Below, one piece after another: positions 47,463-57,458 of a stretch of 64,000 nucleotides of DNA. The stretch spans positions 1-64,000 of the forward strand of contig JACPAV010000024.1 in NCBI GenBank assembly GCA_016180645.1, given 5' to 3'. The position numbers and the translations under genes are program-made. How positions within the stretch are numbered: the stretch's first letter is position 1; the number at the start of each line of letters is the position of its first letter. Origin of the DNA: Nitrospirota bacterium. Its GTDB lineage: Bacteria > JACPQY01. The notes beneath the pieces are model-generated. The model saw only the letters and a program-made list of their open reading frames with translations. It searched no databases and had not been told where the DNA came from.

Positions 47463-50401
47463 CAGCCAATTTTCACCACGTCCAGCGTCTGCATGCGCGG
47501 AGTGTGGGAAGGGGCCGCGTAGTAGGCCCGGTAGTAGAGATGGCCGAACTCGCCGGCGAGGTGAAGCGCCTTGTACGGGGAGGGCACGATCTCCTGATTT
47601 CCACGGCCATCCTTGAACTGGTACGGCTCCCAGGCGTGGTAGCAAATGACCTGGCCCGGCTTCACGGCAGGCGAAATCTTCACCATGGCGATGAAGGAAC
47701 CGACGTCGTTCAGAAGTTTGGCGCGCTCGCCGTCCCGGATTTTTCGAGAGCGCGCATCCTCGACGCTCATGTACACCACCGGCTCGCCTCGTTGCAGCCG
47801 CATCATGTGGCGCTGGTCGCGCCAGATGGAGTGGATGCTCCATCGGGTGTGTCCGCCCGAGAGCCGGAGCGGGTATTTCCCACCGGCGTCCGGCGCGGGC
47901 TTGTGCATCGGCAGATGTTCACCCGCTTCCAGGTACCAGTCGTGATCGATGTAGAATTGCTGACGGCCCGTCATCGTCGGATACGGTTCTTTGCCTTCGC
48001 GGTTCCATTGGAGCGGGTAGACGGTCTTTCCGTCCTCATAATCGCCGCAGACGTGGTTCAGGAGCATGTAGCCCCCGGTGTGCTTGATCCGCACGGCGCC
48101 GCGGCGCGACAGTTCCTTCCAGTCGGTGCCCCGGATAGGTTTGGATCGTTCCAGGATCCAGTCCATGGCCCGATCGGCGTTTCCCTCGGTCAGTTTGCCT
48201 TTGTGCGTGAACCGCTCGTAGATCCGGCTCAGATCGTGCTCGTTGCCCAGAAGATTCCGGTACGGTTTCACGCCTTGTGCCCTCGCCCGTTCCTGAATCT
48301 TCTTGGCCAGGAGCGCCGCGATGTCCCACTCCCGTTTCGATTCGTGGAGCGGCGGCACCGCCTGGTCGCCGGCGATGATGTAGGGAACGTAGCTCATCGT
48401 GAACTTGATGCCGGTCTTCTCGTAGTAGCCCGCGCAGGGGAGGACGATGTCCGACCAGAGGGTGGACGTGGACATTCGGACGTTCAGGGAGACGATGAGA
48501 TCCAGCTTGGGCCAGAGCACTTCCCGGATCCGGGTTGGCGAAGGCCATCGGCGCAGTGGATTGACGCCGGAGAAGACGAGAACCTTGGGATCCTTTCCGG
48601 GGGGGGGGTAGACCGGCATCCAGTCCTTTTTGATGGATTCCGTCATGCAGTCGGCGTGCGGGCGCTTGAAAGTGGGATCATTGTAGTCCTTTCGGTCGGA
48701 CACTTGGGAGAGGCCGCCGTGGACGTTGAGCCACGGAATCAGAGGCGTGTGAAGGCTGTACTGGCGCGTGAGGACCTTCATGAGGTCGTCGTTCCGGCGG
48801 GCGGTCGAGCGGATCCAATTGGGCGCCCGGGCGAGACTTTCCAGCGCCGGGTGGACCATCGCAGGAAGCATGTGAGCGAGGTCGAACGCGAGAAGTTCGA
48901 ATCCGTGGAGCGTCCACCACGCGCCCACCCGCATGCCCGCGCCCGGTTTACCGAAGTTGCCGGTGAGGGCAAGAACGAGGAGGGCGGCCCTTTGCATGAG
49001 ATCGCTGTGGTAGTGTTTGCACGCGCCCCAGGACATGAAGATCATGGCCGATTTTGCGGCAGCGACTTCGCGCGCCATGGCGACGGTTGTATTCGGATGG
49101 ATTCCGGTGATGGACTGGACGTGTTCGGGGGTGTAGGGGGCCAGCCGTTCCTTGAGGAGTTCGAAGACCGGCCGGACGGCGACGCTTTCGCCGCCCTTGA
49201 GCGTCACGGCGAAGGATCCTTCGAGAGCGGGATCCAGGTCACCCAGTCGGATGGAATAGAAATGACGTGAACCGAGGGCCTGGATGGCCTTCGTCACGCT
49301 TAACTTGTCGTGGACCGGTTTCGGGTTGCCTTCGACGCCTGGGGCGGAGGCGGGGCGATTTTTCCGTGTGTCCCACATGAAATACTCCGTGTCACGGCCC
49401 CGTTTTGAGAGGTCCGAGCCGCGGAGGAGTTTCCCCGTGTCGGATCGTACGAGCAGCGGGAGGTCCGTCTGTTCCTTGATGACGTCCGCCTTGAAAAGAT
49501 TCTCTTTGATGATGATGTGCGCGAGTCCGAGTCCGAAGGCGGCGTCCGTTCCGGGATTGACGTTGACCCAGCGGTCGGCGTGAATGGCGGTGGCGTTGAG
49601 GTCGGGAGAGATGTGGACCACCCTGGCGCCCTTGTATCGGGCCTCGGCCATGAAATGATATTCCGGGATGCGTGTGTAGGCCGGATTGCCGATCCAGGCG
49701 ATGATGTAGTCCGAGTTGAACCAATCATCCGACGTGCCGTCCATGTTGTAGAGGCCGAGGGTTTGGACGACGCCCATCGGCAGGTCCCCCACGCCCGCCC
49801 AGGAGTCCAGCATGGTGGTGCCCATGAGGGCGAAGAGTCGAATTTCGCCCGCGGTGTCCGGCCCCATGTCGATCTGCGTGGTGCCGTGATCGTAGACGAC
49901 CGTGTCCGAGCCGTGCTTCGCGCAGGTGTCGATGAGCTTGTCGGCAATTTCGGTGAGGGCTTCGTCCCAACTGATCCGTTTCCAGCGGCCGCTGCCTCGC
50001 TCGCCCACCCTCTTGAGTGGATACTTGATCCGGGAGGGCGCATAGGTGAGATCCGAATAGCAGGCGCCCTTGTTGCAGCCTCTCGGATTGAAGTCGGGCG
50101 TATCCGGGTTCGTTTGGGGGTAGATGGTGTTTTGTTCCTCGCGGATGACGACGCCGTCGCGAACGTAGAGGTCCCAGGAACATGCCGCGATACAGTCCGT
50201 CCGGAGATGAGTGCCTTTGACGATTTTGTCCCACGACCATTTCGTTCGATAGAGATCTTGCCAGCCACCGTACGACGGACGAGAGGCGGGAGGCGAGAGG
50301 CGCGAGGTGGTACTGGTGGGTCCGGAGCATGCGCCGGCTTGGAACGCTGAGAGAGCGAGGGCGCTGGTTCCCGCGAGTTCGAGGAACTCCCGGCGTCTCA
50401 T
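47462..50401 (-). CDS. Type II DMSOR-family Mo enzyme alpha subunit 2
   Basis: RRREFL Tat; THLRTDCIAAC...PRGCNKG; GVGD; HTRWSIHS. Confidence 0.93.
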   Translation of the reverse strand: MRRREFLELAGTSALALSAFQAGACSGPTSTTSRLSPPASRPSYGGWQDLYRTKWSWDKIVKGTHLRTDCIAACSWDLYVRDGVVIREEQNTIYPQTNPDTPDFNPRGCNKGACYSDLTYAPSRIKYPLKRVGERGSGRWKRISWDEALTEIADKLIDTCAKHGSDTVVYDHGTTQIDMGPDTAGEIRLFALMGTTMLDSWAGVGDLPMGVVQTLGLYNMDGTSDDWFNSDYIIAWIGNPAYTRIPEYHFMAEARYKGARVVHISPDLNATAIHADRWVNVNPGTDAAFGLGLAHIIIKENLFKADVIKEQTDLPLLVRSDTGKLLRGSDLSKRGRDTEYFMWDTRKNRPASAPGVEGNPKPVHDKLSVTKAIQALGSRHFYSIRLGDLDPALEGSFAVTLKGGESVAVRPVFELLKERLAPYTPEHVQSITGIHPNTTVAMAREVAAAKSAMIFMSWGACKHYHSDLMQRAALLVLALTGNFGKPGAGMRVGAWWTLHGFELLAFDLAHMLPAMVHPALESLARAPNWIRSTARRNDDLMKVLTRQYSLHTPLIPWLNVHGGLSQVSDRKDYNDPTFKRPHADCMTESIKKDWMPVYPPPGKDPKVLVFSGVNPLRRWPSPTRIREVLWPKLDLIVSLNVRMSTSTLWSDIVLPCAGYYEKTGIKFTMSYVPYIIAGDQAVPPLHESKREWDIAALLAKKIQERARAQGVKPYRNLLGNEHDLSRIYERFTHKGKLTEGNADRAMDWILERSKPIRGTDWKELSRRGAVRIKHTGGYMLLNHVCGDYEDGKTVYPLQWNREGKEPYPTMTGRQQFYIDHDWYLEAGEHLPMHKPAPDAGGKYPLRLSGGHTRWSIHSIWRDQRHMMRLQRGEPVVYMSVEDARSRKIRDGERAKLLNDVGSFIAMVKISPAVKPGQVICYHAWEPYQFKDGRGNQEIVPSPYKALHLAGEFGHLYYRAYYAAPSHTPRMQTLDVVKIG

Positions 50402-51153
50402 GTGGCCCGCAGGTAGCCGAGGTCTTGTTTCATGAATCGTTCCGTCATCTCCACGAGGGTGGCGTAGAATGGCGGTGGTTTCTGCCCGGCGAGTTTCTTG
50501 GCGAGCAGAGGCAGCCAGCGAACCGGTTGGCGGTCGAGAAAGTCCGACTGGGCGTGCCGAAGGGATTGGATTGATTCGGGGTCCGCAGGGGCCTGGGCCT
50601 CCTGAAAACTGAGGAAGTGCATGAACTCGAGCTCCACGGTGAGGTGATCGGGCAGTTCGCGCCCATCGCCCTCATTCAGCTTGAGACCGAAGAAATTGTA
50701 GAAGCGGAGGTGCTCTTCCATCGTCTTCATCCGGGCGCCGAGATACTCGCCGGCGTAGAGCGGGCAGGGCGGCCCTCCGCCGAGTCCAACCTCGAACAGC
50801 CGGATGTACTCTGCTTCGAAGTCGTCATAGGCGGGTGGAAGGGGATCGGTGGGGAGGGACGCCTCCAGGGCATACGGCAGAGAACGGGCGCACTCTTCGA
50901 CGGCTGATCGAAACCGGCCGTTTCCGATGTCCTCAAAAAATTCGTGGTCGGGAAAAGCGAAGGCGGAGGCGAGAAGCCGGTAGAACCGGCAGCGAGATGC
51001 GGCTGGGGAGGTTGCCTGGAGCTCCCTACCCTGACCCTCTCCCGTTTCTTGTAGGGGCGAGGCATGCCTCGCCCCTACGGGACCTGCCGAGGGTGAGGGT
51101 TCTGTGATGGTGTCTGTCGATTGCGCAGGGGTATCCGCCATGGCTTGGGTCAT
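50398..51153 (-). CDS. TorD/EbdD-family chaperone (delta)
   Basis: YIRLFEVG...CPLY...FY..FGL...ELPDHLTVELEF. Confidence 0.92.
   Translation of the reverse strand: MTQAMADTPAQSTDTITEPSPSAGPVGARHASPLQETGEGQGRELQATSPAASRCRFYRLLASAFAFPDHEFFEDIGNGRFRSAVEECARSLPYALEASLPTDPLPPAYDDFEAEYIRLFEVGLGGGPPCPLYAGEYLGARMKTMEEHLRFYNFFGLKLNEGDGRELPDHLTVELEFMHFLSFQEAQAPADPESIQSLRHAQSDFLDRQPVRWLPLLAKKLAGQKPPPFYATLVEMTERFMKQDLGYLRAT
51051..51078. repeat. Perfect 28-bp GTAG palindrome, in frame in chaperone N-terminus
   Basis: GTAGGGGCGAGGCA|TGCCTCGCCCCTAC encodes VGARHASPL. Confidence 0.85.
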
Positions 51154-52169
51154 GCCTCGATCTGCGCCGGATTCTGATCGAAGGGCTTGAGCATATCGTG
51201 CCATCGCCGGGAGATGAGGATGTCCATCAGATCGGACTTTTGGCCGGCCCGCGTTTTATCCCATTCGGCATTCAGGATCCGAAGCGCCTCGTCCGCGGCA
51301 GGACCGAACAGCGAACGGAGATATTCCGCCGGCACTCTGGGCTTGGCTTCAAGCGGATTCCCCGTGGAGTCGAACGGAGGCGGCAGCACGGGCGGCACGT
51401 AGTAGATGTTCGGCTGGGTCCCGTACTCGGGATGCAGAGGGATTGCCACGCGCCACTTGCTCACGAGTTGGAACACCTGGCCCGCCTCGTCATCGAGGTA
51501 CCCGAAATGGCGCGCGCGTCCGGGGCACATGCGGACGCAACCCGGCGCGACGCCTTTCTCCACCCGCGGAAAGCACAGAATGCACTTCTGGCCGATGAAC
51601 CGCTTGGGGTTGAAGTAAATCCGTTTGTACGGGCAGGCCTCCATGCAGAAGCGGTAGCCGTGGCACTTGTCCTCGTCGATCAGGACCGTGCCGTTCTCCT
51701 CGTTCTTGACGATGGCCTTGCGGGGGCAGGCTTCAAGACAGGCCGGCCGCGTGCAGTGGTTGCACAGACGCGGGAGGTAAAAGTAGTAGGAGTTCGGATA
51801 TTCGCCCGCGCCCTGATCTTCTTCCCAGTTGGGCCCCCACGTGGGCTCGGGCGTGGGCTTCAGATGGACGCTCGTGCCCTTGCCCTCGAAGAACACTTCC
51901 TCATAGTTGAAGTTCCACGCGATGCCGAACTCTTCGTTGGTGGGAAGTCGTCCGGTCCGGGCTTTTCCATCGGCATCGAATCCGCCGCCCATTTTTTCCC
52001 AATCGCGGGGAGTGCCGCGACCGGGCACGGTGGTGACGATGTTCCACCACATGTATTCCATGGCGGGATCGTTGGTCCAGAGTTGTTTGCAGCCGACGGT
52101 GCAGGTCTGGCATCCGATACACTTGTTTAGGTCGATCACCATCGCCAATTGGCGCTTCGATGGGCTCAC
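51150..52169 (-). CDS. Fe-S beta subunit 2 (EbdB-like)
   Basis: DLNKCIGCQTC, WGPNWEEDQG, CNHCTRPAC. Confidence 0.95.
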   Translation of the reverse strand: MSPSKRQLAMVIDLNKCIGCQTCTVGCKQLWTNDPAMEYMWWNIVTTVPGRGTPRDWEKMGGGFDADGKARTGRLPTNEEFGIAWNFNYEEVFFEGKGTSVHLKPTPEPTWGPNWEEDQGAGEYPNSYYFYLPRLCNHCTRPACLEACPRKAIVKNEENGTVLIDEDKCHGYRFCMEACPYKRIYFNPKRFIGQKCILCFPRVEKGVAPGCVRMCPGRARHFGYLDDEAGQVFQLVSKWRVAIPLHPEYGTQPNIYYVPPVLPPPFDSTGNPLEAKPRVPAEYLRSLFGPAADEALRILNAEWDKTRAGQKSDLMDILISRRWHDMLKPFDQNPAQIEA

Positions 52170-52837
52170 GCCTTCACCTCCAGGAGGAGCCAACCTGGAA
52201 CGGTGGACTTGAGGCCGGCGCGCTCCTTGTTCGAGCCTTCCCATACGGCGAAGGCAATCGGGACGGTGCCCTGAGCGGGCAGCGCGGCGACCTCCTTCTC
52301 AGCGTCCGGCGCCGCCAGGGTGCGGCTCAGAACCACCTGCCAGCGGCCGTTCTTCCATTCGCCTCGGGCGGCAATCGTGCTGTCGGGCAGTCGCTTGGAT
52401 GTTCCGAATCCGCGCGCGCGCACGTCCTTGGCTTTATCGCCAAAGTCCGCCCTCCAGAGCCAGGCATTCACGGGAATATCGTCCGCTCCCATGGAGATGG
52501 GATCGTTTTCGAAGACGCTGGGGAGGCCTTCCTGACCGGGGAACATCACGGCCGCCGCGTCCGGGAAAGGATCGGAATCGGAGGGCGCCGCGTCCTTCTT
52601 GCTGTCGTTCCACTCGAGGCGGACATAAATCGATTTGCCGTCGTGCGCGATCTTCACGGATATTTCGTGGATGGCTCCGTGTTTCTTGGGCAGGTTCCGC
52701 ACGTACTCCGAGGGCTGGTTCTCCAAGGGAGAAGGATCGAGTTTGAGTCGCGATGCGGGCACGTGGCCCCACAGGCCGGAATCCGGCGCCAGAGCCTGTT
52801 GCGGATCGAGTTCCAATTTCTTTGCCGTGATCTTCAT
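52166..52837 (-). CDS. Heme b gamma subunit (EbdC-like)
   Basis: DAAAVMFP...ISMG (Met)...AFAVWEG...RAGLK (Lys). Confidence 0.9.
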   Translation of the reverse strand: MKITAKKLELDPQQALAPDSGLWGHVPASRLKLDPSPLENQPSEYVRNLPKKHGAIHEISVKIAHDGKSIYVRLEWNDSKKDAAPSDSDPFPDAAAVMFPGQEGLPSVFENDPISMGADDIPVNAWLWRADFGDKAKDVRARGFGTSKRLPDSTIAARGEWKNGRWQVVLSRTLAAPDAEKEVAALPAQGTVPIAFAVWEGSNKERAGLKSTVPGWLLLEVKA

Positions 52838-53361
52838 GGTGTCTTCACCTCCTCGGTACAAACGGGAAGGGCTTGACCTGCCGCAAGGACAGGAATGGTT
52901 GAGGAGAAGGAAAATCGCCTCCTCCTGCGATACATCCAGCGCATGCCTTCCACCGAGGCGTGCAAGAGCACCCACGGAAGGACGGCCCAGGTCGACCAGA
53001 CGTGAATGCTTCGACTGATGGGGAGCCATCCCGCGGCCGCTTCGGGCTCGATCCAGAGCAGCACCCCCGTTGCGAAGAGCAGGATACTCAGCGCCAGCGC
53101 CAGGATCGAATTGAGCTTCTTCCAGCCCACCAGGGCCGTGAGCCTCCTGATTTTCAGGATGGCCCAGCCGCGGAGGGCGTATACGGCGATGAGCGTGATT
53201 CCGAAGGGTACGGCCGACCACAGGTGGACATCCCGGACAACCTCGAATCGACCGCCCAACAAGATTTCCCTCAGACTGGAGAAGGGAGCGGGCAGGAGGA
53301 GGATGCCGGTGATTCCAAGCGTGAGGAACGCCGCGGCGTTCGCCACGTGGGTGTTCGTCAT
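52834..53361 (-). CDS. Four-TM membrane protein with spaced His residues (cytochrome b-like?)
   Basis: THVAN, DVHLW, SIHVW, LLH; ATGA-coupled to gamma. Confidence 0.6.
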   Translation of the reverse strand: MTNTHVANAAAFLTLGITGILLLPAPFSSLREILLGGRFEVVRDVHLWSAVPFGITLIAVYALRGWAILKIRRLTALVGWKKLNSILALALSILLFATGVLLWIEPEAAAGWLPISRSIHVWSTWAVLPWVLLHASVEGMRWMYRRRRRFSFSSTIPVLAAGQALPVCTEEVKTP

Positions 53362-53381
53362 CGAAAGGATCCGGCTCCCCC

Positions 53382-56300
53382 TCAAACGACGCTCGCTTTG
53401 CGGATGTCCACGAAAACATGCCGGTCCGATTGGACGGGCTGCCAATTCCACACCCAGAACTTGAGGTGACCGTAGCCTCCCGCCAGGTGAAGCCACTTCA
53501 CCATTCCCGGAATCGCGGTGTCGTAGCTTTTCCAATCCTTGTATTGGTACGGATCCCATGCGTGATAGACGATCACCTGCCCGCGCCGGGGCAGGGCGCT
53601 GACCTTGGCCTGGATGGTGAAGTGGTCGATGTCGTTCTGGACGTGCACGTATTCGCCGTCCTCGATGTCCTTCTCTTTCGCATCCATCGCGTTGATGAAC
53701 ATGAACGGCTCGCCCCGGTGCAGGGCGAGGGCCAGTTCGTTGGCCACATTCGAGGCGTGGATACTCCAGCGAAGGTGACCGCTGGTCATGATGAACGGAT
53801 AGTCCCCTCCGGCTTTGGGCGGGACCTTGTGGGTCGGGAGTTCTTCACCGCCCTCGATGAACCACGGATGGTCGATGTAAAACTGTGCCCTCCGGGCATA
53901 CGTCGGGTAGGGGATCTTCTTCTCCGTGTGCCACGAGAACGGGTTCACGGTCTCATCCGGCTTGACGTCCGTCGCCACGTTCTGCCCGTGGGGGGTGTGG
54001 CCCAAGCCCGTGTATTTCACGAAGCCGTCTTTCCGCAATTTGGCGAGGTCCGTGTCCTTGGCGACCATCCCTCCTTCGGTGAAGATTTCGAGGGCATCCC
54101 CGAAAATCTTCTCGCTCTCCCCGTCGGTATAGTACCCGTTTGCCGTGAATCGCTTGTACACGCTTTCAAACTTGCGAGTGGGCCCGTAGAACTCCCGGAA
54201 CTGCTTTGAGATTCGCTCGTGGAACAGCCGGTTGCCGATCTTGCCGAGGATACCGGGCGGGATGAAGGAGTCGATGACCTTGTCGACGTCCACCATCTGC
54301 CGGATGCGATACTCCTCCTTGCCGCGCTCTCTCGCCCGATCGGAGACCTTCTTCGCGAGCAACGCGAAGATGTCCCACTCGTTTTTCGACTCGTGCACCG
54401 GATCGATCGCCTTGTCCGCAAACGCCCAGAACCGGATGTGAGGACTGGTGATCGAGTGCATCTGGGTTTTCTCGTAGAAGAACGCCGCCGGAAGGACGAT
54501 GTCGGAATACATCGCGCTCGTGGACATGCGGACGTCGACGGCGACAACCATCTTGAGTTTGGGCCAGAGGTTTTCGAGCAGCCGTTTCGGGCCGCCGCGC
54601 GTGCGGCGAAGAGTGTTGGATCCGCATAGGATGTAGACCTGCGGAGGGATATCCTGCCGCGGGCGGACGTAGTCCTCCCACCAACCTTTGTCCACGGCTT
54701 CCTGGAGGTACTCGTCGAAGGTGCGCTTCATCGAAGTATCGCCCCATTCCTTGGTGTTCCACACTTCGCGGTAGCCGGCGTGGTAGTACCAGAAGAAGGC
54801 GGGCGGGACCTGACCGACCAGCTTGGCCATGATGTTTTCGATATCGATGTGGGCCATTTCGTCGGTCATCGACGGATCTTTCCTTTTCAGCAGCGAGACC
54901 AGTCGCTTCACTTCCGTCAACGTTTCCTTGAATGCGCCCTTGCCGCCCTCGCGTATCGGCATGCTGTAGATAGAGGCGTCGGCCAGCACGGTCCAGCCGC
55001 GCACGCCGGTCCCTTTGCGCCCCCAGTTTCCGGTAAGCCCGAGGCAGAGACACATGGCGCGCTCGATGAGATCGCCATGGTAGATTTTCGGGGGGCACCA
55101 GCCGACGAGGATGTTTGTCCTTTTCGCGGCCATCTTGCGTGCGAGATCGCGAATCACATCCGGATGAATTCCCGTGATCGAGTGGACCTTGTCGAGGTCG
55201 TATTCCGCATTGAGCTTCTGTTTCAGGATTTCGAATACGGGCGTGACGGCGACCTCCGTCCCGTCGGCCAGCTTCACGAGATGCTCGCCTTCGAGTTCCG
55301 GCACCACCTTGCCGAGGGACAGCTTCTTCCGGGGCGCGGCGGACAGGGATTGGGTTGCTCCGTCCCAGAAGTAGAGCTGTTCGTCGCTCCCGCCTTTCTT
55401 GAGATCGCTTTGACGCAGGAAACGTCGGGTGTCTTTTCGCACGAGGAACGCGAGGTCCGTCTGCTCGCGAACGAAATCCGCTTTGTAGAGTTTCTCTTCG
55501 ATGAGCACTCGCGCCACGCCCAAGGCCAGCGCGGCATCGGTCCCGATCTTGACGGGAACGTAGTAGTCCGCATGGCCGGCGGAAGGACTGAAGTCCGGAG
55601 CGATGGTCCAGACTTCCCCGCCGTTGTAACGGGACTCCGACACGAAATGGTAGCCCGGGATCCGCGTGTAGACGGGATTCATGAGCCAGATGAGCGTGAG
55701 TTCGGCTTTGAACCAGTCGTCCTGTGAACTGACGCCGTGGAACTTCCCGAAAGTCATGTACTGGCCGATGTTGTAGTCGTTGATGATTCCGTTCGCGTCG
55801 AGCATCGTTCCGCCGAGAATCGCGGCGAAGCGGAGCGGGGGATACACGCCGTGCGGGAAGGCGCCGCCCTGGCCCGGCTGCTCGTCCACCACGACGGATT
55901 CCGGCCCAACGTTCTCGGCCGCGTCGATGATGGCGTCGGCCACCTCGGTGAGCGCCTCGTCCCAACTGATGCGCTTCCACTGGCCGCTCCCGCGGGGACC
56001 CACGCGTTTCATGGGAAACTTCAACCGCTCGCCTCCGTAGGTGACGCGGGAGTACATGCAGCCTTTCTGGCAGCCGCGTGGGTTCCAGTCGGGCGTGGTG
56101 GGGTCCACCACCGGGTACCGGCCGGTCTGCTCTTCGCGCCAGAACACGCCGTTCTTGAGGTAGCCTACCCAGGAGCAGTTTCCGGGGTAGCAATCCTGGG
56201 GGTGCGTGACGAAAACGGTCTTGTCCCACGACCATTTCTCGCGCATGGCGTCTTCCCAGTTGCCCGTATGCTTGAGCGCCGGAGGGAGCGCGGCCTTGCG

Positions 56301-56390
56301 TTCGCAACTGGTGACCGTGAACTGGGAGAGGGACAGGGTGGCGGCGGCCACGCCGGTGGTCTGGAGAAATTCGCGGCGGTCGAGTTTCAA
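53382..56390 (-). CDS. Type II DMSOR-family Mo enzyme alpha subunit 1 (S25dA-like)
   Basis: DRREFL Tat; THPQDCYPGNC...PRGCQKG; GIIND; HLRWSIH. Confidence 0.93.
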   Translation of the reverse strand: MKLDRREFLQTTGVAAATLSLSQFTVTSCERKAALPPALKHTGNWEDAMREKWSWDKTVFVTHPQDCYPGNCSWVGYLKNGVFWREEQTGRYPVVDPTTPDWNPRGCQKGCMYSRVTYGGERLKFPMKRVGPRGSGQWKRISWDEALTEVADAIIDAAENVGPESVVVDEQPGQGGAFPHGVYPPLRFAAILGGTMLDANGIINDYNIGQYMTFGKFHGVSSQDDWFKAELTLIWLMNPVYTRIPGYHFVSESRYNGGEVWTIAPDFSPSAGHADYYVPVKIGTDAALALGVARVLIEEKLYKADFVREQTDLAFLVRKDTRRFLRQSDLKKGGSDEQLYFWDGATQSLSAAPRKKLSLGKVVPELEGEHLVKLADGTEVAVTPVFEILKQKLNAEYDLDKVHSITGIHPDVIRDLARKMAAKRTNILVGWCPPKIYHGDLIERAMCLCLGLTGNWGRKGTGVRGWTVLADASIYSMPIREGGKGAFKETLTEVKRLVSLLKRKDPSMTDEMAHIDIENIMAKLVGQVPPAFFWYYHAGYREVWNTKEWGDTSMKRTFDEYLQEAVDKGWWEDYVRPRQDIPPQVYILCGSNTLRRTRGGPKRLLENLWPKLKMVVAVDVRMSTSAMYSDIVLPAAFFYEKTQMHSITSPHIRFWAFADKAIDPVHESKNEWDIFALLAKKVSDRARERGKEEYRIRQMVDVDKVIDSFIPPGILGKIGNRLFHERISKQFREFYGPTRKFESVYKRFTANGYYTDGESEKIFGDALEIFTEGGMVAKDTDLAKLRKDGFVKYTGLGHTPHGQNVATDVKPDETVNPFSWHTEKKIPYPTYARRAQFYIDHPWFIEGGEELPTHKVPPKAGGDYPFIMTSGHLRWSIHASNVANELALALHRGEPFMFINAMDAKEKDIEDGEYVHVQNDIDHFTIQAKVSALPRRGQVIVYHAWDPYQYKDWKSYDTAIPGMVKWLHLAGGYGHLKFWVWNWQPVQSDRHVFVDIRKASVV

Positions 56391-57433
56391 GAGGGCACGC
56401 CTCCCTTCGCCGTCACGGGGTCGTTCGTGAACGGCTTGAAGAAGTCATCGGGCCATCGCCAGCCGATGAGGATGTCCATCAACTCCGATTTCTCACCCTT
56501 GCGGCGGCGGTCCATCTCGGCCTGGACGATCGCCAGCGTCTCGGAGACATTCGGCCCGAAGAGCGATTGTAGGTACTCGATCGGGATGCGCGCTTGGGTG
56601 GTATCGAAATTTCCATTCTGCCCGACGCGAGCCGGACCGATCGGCGGTACATAGTAAATATTGGGTTCAGTCCCGTATTCCGGGTGCAGTGGGATCGCCA
56701 CTTTCCACTCGTTGACCAGCTTGTGAATGGGGCCGGCCGTGTCGTCGAGGTAGCCCACGAATCGAACCCGTCCGGGACACTGTCTCGCGCAGGCGTTCGC
56801 CACTCCTTTTTCGAGGCGCGGGAAGCAAAAAATGCACTTGTTCGCCGTGAGCGTCACGTAGTTGAAATAGATCTTCTTGTACGGGCACGCTTCCATGCAG
56901 TAGCGGTAGCCTCGGCATTTCCCCTGATCGACGAGCACGATTCCGTCTTCCTTGCGCTTGTAGATCGCCTTGATGGGGCAGGCCTCGGCGCAGGCGGGGT
57001 AGGTGCAGTGGTTGCAGAGCCGCGGGAGGTAGAAAAAATAGGAGTTGGGAAACTCACCCGCGCCTTGATCTTCATCCCAGTTGAACATCCATTTCGGCTT
57101 TTTCGGCGGGTGGAGGTACTCACCCGCGCCCTTGCCCTGATAGAAGACTTTGTCGTAGTCGTATTTGGGCGCCTCGCCGAAATCCTCGATGGATGGGAGT
57201 TTTCCCGATCGCGCTTTTCCGTCTGCGTCGAACCCACCGCCCATGGTTTCCCAATCCTTCGGCGTGCCGCGGCCCGGCTGTGTGTTTACGCTGTTCCAGA
57301 ACATATGGCGCTGGCCTTCTTCGTCGGTCCACAGCGTCTTGCAGGCGACGGTACAGGTCTGGCATCCGATGCATTTGTTCAGGTCGATCACCATGGCGAC
57401 CTGTCTTTGCGGCTTCCACGTTTCTTTCGGCAA
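56387..57433 (-). CDS. Fe-S beta subunit 1 (EbdB-like)
   Basis: DLNKCIGCQTC, NWDEDQG, CNHCTYPAC. Confidence 0.95.
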   Translation of the reverse strand: MPKETWKPQRQVAMVIDLNKCIGCQTCTVACKTLWTDEEGQRHMFWNSVNTQPGRGTPKDWETMGGGFDADGKARSGKLPSIEDFGEAPKYDYDKVFYQGKGAGEYLHPPKKPKWMFNWDEDQGAGEFPNSYFFYLPRLCNHCTYPACAEACPIKAIYKRKEDGIVLVDQGKCRGYRYCMEACPYKKIYFNYVTLTANKCIFCFPRLEKGVANACARQCPGRVRFVGYLDDTAGPIHKLVNEWKVAIPLHPEYGTEPNIYYVPPIGPARVGQNGNFDTTQARIPIEYLQSLFGPNVSETLAIVQAEMDRRRKGEKSELMDILIGWRWPDDFFKPFTNDPVTAKGGVPS

Positions 57434-57458
57434 CGTTCCCCCCTTTAGGTGTTACGGC

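Noticed and set aside
39159-56390. Annotating the four alphas as narG
   Set aside because: They are ~960-1000 aa, carry Tat signals, have an EbdC-type gamma and no narI; this fits the EBDH/S25DH group.
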